Shown here one piece after another: positions 54,860 to 64,000 of a stretch of 64,000 nucleotides of DNA; the stretch's first letter is position 1; the number at the start of each line of letters is the position of its first letter. A program made the translations under genes and the position numbers. The DNA lies in the NCBI GenBank assembly GCA_013239625.1, contig MU056029.1:1178001-1242000 (forward strand), in the 5' to 3' direction. Origin of the DNA: Lama guanicoe. Lineage: Eukaryota. The notes beneath the pieces are model-generated. The model had not been told where the DNA came from. It saw only the letters and a list, made by a program, of their open reading frames with translations, and searched no databases.

Positions 54860-55259
54860 GTGAGCGTTTAATTCTAATTAATTTCCAGTCTTACTCTGAC
54901 TTTCCCTCCCGTAGCACTGAATTAGAGATTTAAAAGGGGAGGGGGGTGGCTCACAAGCTAGTTTCTTTCTAAATTGAATAGGAGATGCAGACAGAGGCCT
55001 GTGCTGGGGACTGAGGCGGGGCTGAGGCCAGATCTGTAAGGTGCTCAGGGTCGGCCCAGAAGAGGAAGGCTCTCAGAGCAACGGCCTTCGGCCGCTGCCT
55101 GCTGCCCCCTCCCTCTCCACCTCTGCTCTGGAAACAGCGGCAGGTGCTTATTACAAGGAGGCACCGATATGCTGCTGAAGGCCCTCGAGAAACTTCAGAA
55201 ACGTGGCCTGTCCCAAACGCGGCCAAGCCGCGGGCCCTGCGCCCTCCCCCTCCGCGGAG

Positions 55260-55363
55260 CCGGCCCGAGGGCGCATTTGGTGAGAGTCTGGCGGCCTCTA
55301 CCGGAGCGCCTCTGCAGAGGAACGTTCCTCAAAGCCGGAGACGACATGTGGCGCTCGGGAGAG
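55260..55363 (+). other. GABRA5: Candidate alternative first exon (start approximate)
   Basis: Donor GAG|gtgaga at 55363/55364. A weaker TTG|gtgaga lies at 55279/55280. Confidence 0.4.
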
Positions 55364-55439
55364 GTGAGAGCGAGCGCGCCAGTGCGCTGGGGGCGCGGGG
55401 GGGTCTGCGGCGGGCAGCGCGCGGCCTCGGGCGCGGCGC

Positions 55440-55641
55440 GGAGCGGAGCCGCAGGGCGGCGGCGGCGGCGGAGCGCGGGGGGCGCCGGTCCTCTCCGCCC
55501 GGAGGGACTGGGGAAGTTCGCGCTGGCAGCATGGGGCGGTGACGCCGCACCGGCCTTCCGCGCCCGCCGGCCGGCCGAGAACAGGCGGCGGCGGAGAATG
55601 CACCCTCGCCGACGGCTCGTCTTCCCGGGCCGGCGCGCAGG
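55440..55641 (+). other. GABRA5: Candidate non-coding first exon (start approximate)
   Basis: Strong donor AGG|gtaagc at 55641/55642 in the island core. GABRA5 is known to use several alternative first exons. Confidence 0.7.
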
Positions 55642-55799
55642 GTAAGCCCGGGTGCGCCGGGCCGGGGCAGTGGAGTAAGAGGATGCGGGCGAGGGCGAGG
55701 GGGCGGGCGGCCCCGGCTCGGGCCGCATCCCTCTCCTCGGGGCGCCCCCGCCGCGGGCTGCCTGGCTCGGGGAGGGAGGTGGAGACAGGCGCGGCGCCG

Positions 55800-55930
55800 G
55801 CGGCGGCCGGGAGCGCAAACTTTCCCCCGGCGACTGTGGAGGCACAGCCAGCGCTGGAGGGCAGGGGCGTCCAGAGGGGCGCAGCCCTTGCCGGACGGGG
55901 CATCAGGGCGCAGTGCCCACGGGCCCGCGG
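55800..55930 (+). other. GABRA5: Candidate alternative first exon (start approximate)
   Basis: Donor CGG|gtaaga at 55930/55931. Confidence 0.5.
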
Positions 55931-56969
55931 GTAAGAATTGGGGCGTGGGGCGCCCGCTGCCGTCACTGGAGCCGAGGAGCGAGATCGCCCACCTGGAGGG
56001 CCAGGCGGGCCCCGGGGCTTCGAGGCGCGCGGCGTCCCAGCGATGCCTGCAGGGTGGGCGCAGGCTCCGCGCCGGGGGGCGCGGGCAGGTCGCGCGCGCT
56101 GCTCGAGGCCAGGGGACACCGAGCCGCCGCTGCATCGCGCGCTCCTCGCCAAGGGAGAAAGCCCTGCTCGGCAGGACGCTCGGCTCGGACCCGGGGCCGG
56201 AGATGGGGGAGGTCTGCCGGGGCTAGAGGCGAGCCGGGGAGGGTCGGCGAGCTGGAGGCGCCCCGCGCGCCTCTGCGGACCAGGCGGGAGGCCGCCCCTG
56301 CCGGGCCGCGGGCGCCCGGCCGGCGGAGGCTGCGGCTCCGCAGTGCCGCCTCCGCGCCCACCAGCGCCCGGCCGCGGTCCCGGGACCGGGGCAGAGCAGC
56401 CTCTTTTCTGGGGTCCCGGCTCCGGGCTGAGGGCAGCCGTGGGCGCCGCCCGGGTTTCCCGCATGCAGCGCCGGGTGCTCGCCGCGGGGACTCCCGCCCG
56501 GGTCTGGCGACAAGCCCCAGGACGTGCCCAGGCGACCCTCGCTGTGCCTTTCAACACTCGAGGGCCTTTGCTTGTGAGGTGCAAGTACCTGTTGTGTGTT
56601 TCCGTCTTCCGGAGTTTGCCTGGGGTCGCCTTGAGAAAATGTTTCTTTTGAACACGCGGTGTTCCTATGTGATGTGCACCTAGTTGCATTATGCGCATAC
56701 TGAGAAATATATGCCTCCGCTAAGGTTAGCTGCAGGGCTCAGGGACTATGCCTGCCTGGATTTCAAATGCATTAATTAGGGCCCAGCACAGAGCCGAGAG
56801 ACTTCCCCCAAATGCAGTGATTATTAAGTGATTTAGTCTCAGGGACAGAATGCTGAGAAAGCGGCAACCTTCTCTTATAAGCAGTTCTTATATTGTCGTG
56901 ATCTTGTATAGAAGACCTGTTTCTTAAACGTGCCTTTTTTTCCCCCTCTTTCCACATACCTCCTCTCAG

Positions 56970-57029
56970 CACCTTGCAGAACAAGGAGTAGCTTGCTGGC
57001 TTTGAACGCGTGGCAAATATTTCAGAAAG
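56970..57029 (+). other. GABRA5: GABRA5 5' UTR exon (60 nt)
   Basis: Long pyrimidine tract and CAG acceptor at 56967-56969. Donor AAG|gtaata. Resembles the GABRA5 5' UTR as I recall it. Confidence 0.8.
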
Positions 57030-57335
57030 GTAATATTATTCCACTTGTGGATTTGACAGATGCAAAATACAGTTAGATAACTTCAGGCATTTGTTCTAAT
57101 AATAGTACTAATGGGTCATTTGATAACATGGTTTAAAAAGTAAAGTGTTTGAGACACGGGAAAAATAAATTAGGAGAATGATTCTGCACTCTGAGTGAAA
57201 ATTAAGCTGTGTTGTAACGTCTTTTTATGCCCCAACTTAGTGGCCAGTGACCACAGATAACACCTGATGTGGAACTGGGCTGGGAAAGGACAGCCAGGCT
57301 CCTTTCTTTCTGAATTGTGTGTGTGAGCGGCATGA

Positions 57336-57563
<228 letters not shown>

Positions 57564-60500
57564 TAAGTTACCACCTATGCTTTGATTTTACAATTTTCGG
57601 GGCACAAGTGCCTTTCAGAAACTTTGCTGATCGGTACATTAGCCAGGCCTCGCTGGCCACGTTTGCAGTCCTATGCCCTTCGATTTGTCATAAATAAATA
57701 AAAGAGTCCTTGCCCTACCCCACGCTTTGTGCCTGAGGAAGGCTGCTGCAAGTGTGGGGTCCCTGAAATGAGTCAGAGGAAAGAGGCAGATAATGTTTGC
57801 AGAAATGGAAGCAGAAGATGGTTTCAGAGTCAGCTGTGTTTCCTCCTACTCAAGTTAAAGCAAGATTCAGAAGTTGACATGCATAAAGGACATGTATTGC
57901 CTGTTGGACAAGGCAGTGTTCAACATTTTGATTGCTCTCCTTGGTTCCATTATGCAAAGGAATTTGCCTTTAAAGCCAGGCGCGTGCTATTCGGCATTGA
58001 CAGGGACTCCCAGTGGTCCTAGCTTGAGCCAGAGGACTTGAATTGAGGCCCTCCGAATGCAGGTGCAAATACAGGAGACTCCCCGGGGCATCTGGCCGGT
58101 TTCAGCTCCTTTAAGCTCTTTCATCTGGGCCTTGAGTATCAGTGTACCGATTCTAATCTTTTTTCATCCAGCTAGTGACAACCAACTTCCTTCATAAATG
58201 TTCTTAAGAGATACGCCGACGTTCCTCCTTTCTCCTCTCCTTCCCAAAATTGTTCTGGCTAATCCAAAGGACTGTAACTTGAAATTGGTGGAATATAATT
58301 AAGAAGTTAAATTTTAGGGCCAAAGTTGCCAAGCACCCGTTCTGTGAAAATCAGCTTCAGAGGTGGTACAGGGTGGTTTGCGCTTGTGTAAGACACGGAC
58401 AGGGCTTGAGGGAGGACCCTCCTGAGTCCAAGGCATTCCCTCTTTGTCCTCTGGACATTTTCTGTGCTTCTGACATCCCCTGGTCTGTGCAGAGGACGAA
58501 GCTGAGAGACAGAGAGGCTTGTGACACCATTCCCCAGGTGTGTGGCTGGTTCACGATGGCACTGAGACGGTGTTCCGGGTCCACAAGAGACTTGTCCAGC
58601 CCTCAGCACCGTGAGGGCAGCAGAACACGCTAACCATGCCTGTGGGACGTGCCTCTTAGCCATTCAGAGTATTCCCTTGGGGCCGAGCAGTAGCTGTTAC
58701 TCCTGCCTTGAGTGGGTACCCGGCCATCTGTGCCTTCAGTTTCCTTGTCTATTCAATGGACATTTTCCTTTCTGTGGGCTCTCCCAGCTGCTAAATCCTC
58801 TAAGATTTAACCAGGATGCCCCCAGTGTTCCTCTGAATGAGAATGTCTATAGCAGTGAAGTCATACACAGTATTTAAATTTCCCAGTTAATACCCTAGTT
58901 AATACCTTTAGCAAGATTTCAGAGGTAAGAAACATACTAGGATTGGGAACATGCATTTTCTTTGTAAGAGTTTGGTTATGTATGTTTTTGTGAATTCGCC
59001 TTCTACGGTCATGAAGTTATACTTCCTTGTGGATGAAAGTCTGAAATATGAAGGAATGTGAATATAGGGTTTGGCCATGAGAAGTAGCTATATTTTATTT
59101 CTCATTTAATTTGATGTCCTTCTGAAGTCATCTTCAAAATAGAGAGATAGCATCTAGTTTCTAGATGCTAATACTGAACAAGTGGTAAAACAGCCCTCAG
59201 TCTCTGTAGAGAATTAGCTGCTGGAGAAGTTTTGACTGTCCACCCTGACATAACACCTGCTAACTGCAGGAAAGGTGTGAGACACAGGACAGTGTGTGAG
59301 AAAAGGAAAACTTCCTTAATCCCCCCACACAGAAGCAGTCATCCTTCAGATTTTAGTGGGGTTTTTTCCCCTCTGTGTCCATGCCTACTTTTACACAGTT
59401 GGGATCATACTGTGTCTTCGATTTTGTGTTTTTGTGCTTTCTGCATTCCAACGCTTTGTTCTACAAACCCTTTAAAATGCATGACTTAAAGTGGATGAGT
59501 GTTATTATGGTACGTAAAGGCTTCCTCGCCAGCTCATGTGGGATGTTTACAGTGTCTCGGGTTGTGCTGTTGCACATTTGCCTACAGTGAACTTGCTCAG
59601 CTTTCGGTCATTCTATTTGAGATAATTTCTATCAGAAGGTCTTCCTGTAAGTGGGATTTTACATCCGCGCCTCTGAGAGCTTTTAGCTCTTGGCCCTACG
59701 TGTTCACTTGCTTCTGATGCCCAGCAGGGTGTGGTTTTCAACAGAAAACATCTTGACATTTGGGTCACAAGTCCCTACTTATTTCTCTCTCACTTATTAC
59801 CCCAAACGTACTTAAGGATAATTTTGTCAAATTGCAAAGAAAGTTTCAGAACACTTAACTTAAAATCTGGATGAAATAATAGCTATCGCAGTATGGAGTG
59901 CCGATTTCTAGGCTGCCTGTTTTAGATGAATCCTAGGAGAAGCCTTATGAGCCAGGCATCATTAGCCCTGCTTTAGAGTCGGGAAGGCGAGCACGGCGCA
60001 TGGCTAAGTGGGGGCGTTCCCCAGGCCAGTCATGGTCATGCTGGGGTTCTGTACTCAGCCCTCCGCGGAGTGAATCTGTATGGTGGTCCTTGCATCCGCT
60101 ACTGACTTGAGGTGGTTTGCAGGGAAGGTCCAGGTCAGACTGATCTTTAGAGAAAAGGGACATAATACTGAAAGGTCTTCTCTGCTTTGGGGCAGAGAGA
60201 GTTTGCTATTCTGAGATTATGGGGAGGAAAAAAAGAGTTTGGGTTGTTTCCCCCCAAAGAAAGAGTTGATGTGATTCGGTTCCAAAGCAAAGTGAGTGGG
60301 GAAGCATGGAAGGCCCTGATTTGAACGCTGAGGGACAAGAGCAATGCCGGTGCCTGTAAATACATAAAGGAAAGCAGACAACTTGGAGGAGGGGTGGAGG
60401 GTGCCGGGAGAGCAGTCGGGGAGCAGAGGGAAAGGGGCAAGAACGCCTAGGCTGTTGTGCACGAACACAGGGACACGCCGTGTCTGTGAAAGGTGGATTT

Positions 60501-62539
60501 GGCCATGGGAAATGTATAGATGTGGTAAGTGGAATACAGTTGGCGACTATATAAGATCATTAATGGGAAGTTGCCTTCAAAATGTGTGAGAATCATTTCT
60601 TCTCCTTCTCCCTTTTATTTTTTGAGTTTGATCAGAGCCACCAGTAGCTCGTTTTCGGTAGCCGGGTAATCCTTCTGTTTTCAGTTACATAACAGCATGA
60701 GTCAAGTGTATAACAGGACAGAAGCCTTATTTGACTGTCAGCCTTATGCGATATCACGTTTAGAGACATGGTACTATTTGAGGCATTATAATGATTTTAA
60801 CAAGACCGGTAATCAAATGCACATGGTATAGAAAAACTAGCACAGAAACGTTTGAATTAAGATAATGTCAAAATGCGTAACATTAAATTTGATCTGGAAC
60901 CAATTTATCATCATTTGAAAAATCATACTTTATCAGACTCCATTGACCAGTGAGAATTGTGAGATAAATGTGAGAGGGAGCGGCTCAATGATAAGTTAAA
61001 AGCTGATTCCATTTATTTAATTGTATTAAACATAGTTTAGAGGTTTATCTATTGAAAAAAATATGTTAGAATTTTATGGCAGAGGAGCTACAATTCAAAT
61101 AGACTTTGGAAAGCAGTGTTTTATAATTGGCAATAATAGGCAAGATTCTTGTAGAAGTAACTTAAGAACAGGGATGGGTCAGGTCCTTCTTTGTGTACAC
61201 AAGCGTGCTAACTGGGACCTTTGGTTTCATGACGAGGGCATGTTCATTCGCGTTCTCAAGGACAGTTCTCTTCTCTTAACTAGAGCAGAAAGTACACGCT
61301 CTCTGAGTCATCCAAGTACTCACGCTGTCTTTTTAAATGGCAAGTTCTCTCTTGTGAATCCCCGGACAGCAAGGTAGCCGCAAGTTCACCAGCCCCAGGA
61401 CAGCCGATCATCCTTAACAAAGACACAAACACGGAGCGGTGCCATGAAGCACCTGCGGTGGGCTTCTAAGTGGAGGCGGCAGGGACGGCCTGAGACCTTG
61501 CATCTAGTAGACATCGCAGGTGACTAAGACCGTGCTACAGACTAACGCCCGATGGGTTTTTTTTTTTAAGGCACCAAAAGAAAACGCTTCCAAATGACAC
61601 ACTTTATAGAAGATACTCGTCACAGGTTTATCATGCCCACCGTTTATCAGGCAGTGAGCTAAGGCCAGGCGTGGAAGGACACTCAGCCAGAGCCGACCCA
61701 GCCAGCCCTGCCTGGCAATCAGCTCCAGGATGAGTCACTGGCTTGGTTCAAGGGGAGAAGGAGGCCGTGGGCTTCAGGATTGGCACAAAGGCACAGCTGC
61801 ATAGCGTGCCTATTGTAACTGCCATGGGGTTGCAAAGGGAAGTAGTAGAGTCACAAGGAGAGAAATCTCGTTCTGGCACTCAGGCGACCACAGCAACAGT
61901 GATCGGTGTTTGTGCGGGTATGTCGCCTTCCTTTCCAGGATGCGTTTTCCAAAAATGTACTGTTCAATTTTCACAAAACCCTCACTTCGTAGGTGAAGAG
62001 AGTTCAGGTGGTAGAGCCCAGAGAAACGAGTTTGAGTTTCATCAGAAACTGGCAAAGTCGGGACCCGTCTCCAGGCTCAGGGCTGGGGCCAGTACCTTCT
62101 CCAGATTGTCCAGATATTTAAAGTGCAATGAAAAGGGATAGAATGGGGAGAAATTGGTGCATTGAAAACAAAAGAATGTCCTAACCTAGAACTCAAATAA
62201 CACTGCTCTGAAGATAGTGAGTATAACGTAGCCCAGATAAAATCAACTACAAAGTATGTACTAGGATGTATGATGTTACAGAGAAGCGATCATATGGTAG
62301 GAAAATTAAGATACACTGTGCTTTAGCTGTTCATTGAAAATTCGATTCTATATGTATTTATTTAACACTGTTTCAAGATCAAATGGCAAACTTAAAAATA
62401 AATGCAGCCCAGGACCATTTCGTTTGCAGTGTTAACAACAACAACAGCAAGTGAGGCCGTCACTCTGTAACCAACCTGGTGCCCATTTCAGGGATGCAGC
62501 TGTCGTTCTGACAGAGGACAGTTCAGCCAATCTGGTCTC

Positions 62540-62690
62540 TGTCGCTGCACGCTTACTGTGTGGCATCGCAGTTACTGAACCTGCCTGCGCCTCGGCTTCC
62601 TGATCTCCAAGTGGAGTCAGTAACGGATCCCACGTCACAGGGCTGATGTGAAGGAAAGCTGCTGGATGTGTGCTAAATGCGGAAACGCGG
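62540..62690. mobile_element. MIR relic in GABRA5 intron
   Basis: 'cttactgtgtggcatcgcagttactgaacctgcctgcgcctcggcttcctgatctccaagtggag' resembles the MIR core. Confidence 0.55.
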
Positions 62691-62904
62691 CCGGGCAGGA
62701 GGGGGTGCTGGGTCTGGGCTAGCTGTCCTCCTGGGTGTTGTGGCCGGGAGACACCTGAGGTTTGCTGCACCCGCGCGGTAGCCACGGCGGAGCGCATAAC
62801 CTCAGTGACGTCTGCAGCCTCCCTTGCCGTGTGAGGGAGTCATTTGCACTCACAGGTCCTGGGGCTGGGACGTGACCCTCCGGGAGGATGCTGCCCTGCT
62901 GCTG

Positions 62905-64000
62905 CGTCCGTGTTTGTTGAGTCCTTCTGATGTGCCAGGTACCATTCTAGACCCCGAGACCCTGTAGGGGGCAGAGAGGAGCCTGCCCTCCAGGAGGACG
63001 CATTCTGGGGTTAGGATAGACAAACACTTAACAGTTGGGTCCCAAGGACTGCTGAGGAGTGATTCAGAGGAGGGGTCAGTGAGTGCTGCAGAGAGGTGCT
63101 CAAGCCGACGTCTGAGGACAGTGGGGACGTGAGCAGGGCTATTCCTGGGGAAGACCAGACAGGTGCAGGGCACCAGGAGGGCAGCGTGAGGAAGGGCGAG
63201 ATGAGTGGGAGGCAAGATCAGGGAGGCGGTGGGGCGGGGCGGTCAGGTCACGAGGGACTGGGGCCACGCTAGGTGGTAGCAGGCAGAGCAGTGGGCCATT
63301 GAAGTAAGAGTGACATAGGACCCCATTGAGATGTGACAGTCCCGTGACAAACTTTAAAGCTGTCTCTGGCTGCCGAGTGGAGAGTAAAGTCAAGTCTAGG
63401 GCGGGGAGGCTTACTTAGTCCAGGAGGGACCAGGGAGAGCAGTTGGGGACAGTGCGCTTGTCCGGGGGAGGGCAGTCCGGCCACTAGCAGCTGTGGGCGG
63501 GCTGGCAGGAACACGGAGGGAGAGGAGTCGGGGTGGCCTCCCCAGAACTTGACCTGGGCACGTGGTGGGTCCAGCTGCCTGTTACTGGCTGGAGGAGACA
63601 GTAGGAGAAAAGGTCCTAGAGAAACTCCTGGGTGCGGTTTGGGACATTAAGCCCTGCGGGACGCTTGTTAGATATCCAAGTGGCCAGGTGGGCCATTGAG
63701 ATAGAAGTCCAGAGTCAGAGAGAGCGATTGAGCCATGAACCTGAGGGACTTCCATGTATGAGAGAGATTTAGACCCATTTGTATGGAATGAGATCAATCA
63801 GAGATTGAGGGCAGACTGAAAAGGGCTCCCTGGACTGGCCTGGGACACACCAGTGCTTAAGGCCTGGAAGGCGAGGGGCAGGGCAAGCAAGACTGAGGAG
63901 GAGAAGAGGCTGATGGGGACTGAAGGAAGAGGGTGGTGCCCTGAGGCCACGGGGGAAGTGCTGTAAGAAGGAGCGTGGGCGGCTGAGGACTGATACTGGC
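62905..64000. mobile_element. L2 relic in GABRA5 intron
   Basis: 'tgttgagtccttctgatgtgccaggtaccattctag' and the purine-rich text that follows are L2-like. Confidence 0.6.

Larger units (their letters stand above)
54700..56700. promoter_or_regulatory. CpG island / GABRA5 promoter
   Basis: Abrupt GC- and CpG-rich block with GC boxes and (GGC)5 at ~55455, directly upstream of GABRA5 exons. Confidence 0.92.

Noticed and set aside
55144..56698. Long ORFs (up to 466 aa) on both strands
   Set aside because: Low-complexity Arg/Pro/Gly/Ala translations in several overlapping frames, as expected from stop-codon scarcity in a CpG island. No recognisable domain.

Overview
Mammalian genomic DNA, most likely a camelid (tRNA-derived Vic-1-like SINEs, recurring young L1 3' ends). 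The first ~54 kb are repeat-dense and intergenic. They hold nested L1 fragments of several ages, L2/MIR relics, a MER3 hAT MITE, several solo LTRs and a 5'-truncated, env-less class I ERV (pro-pol plus 3' LTR) carrying nested insertions. A CpG island at ~54.7-56.7 kb marks the promoter of GABRA5 (GABA-A receptor alpha-5, + strand). It has four candidate alternative first exons, a 60-nt non-coding exon (56970-57029) and the first coding exon (57403-57562, [29 protein letters not shown]), followed by intron to the window end. I see no wholly new multi-gene system. The best leads are: (1) a distal first exon that splices in frame to give a 65-aa N-terminally extended GABRA5; (2) exon-specific uORFs; (3) a 24-nt templated copy of ERV pol inside a nearby L1; (4) an unidentified polyadenylated ~680-bp retroposed sequence inside the ERV. 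Repeat family names and boundaries are from recognition by eye and are approximate.
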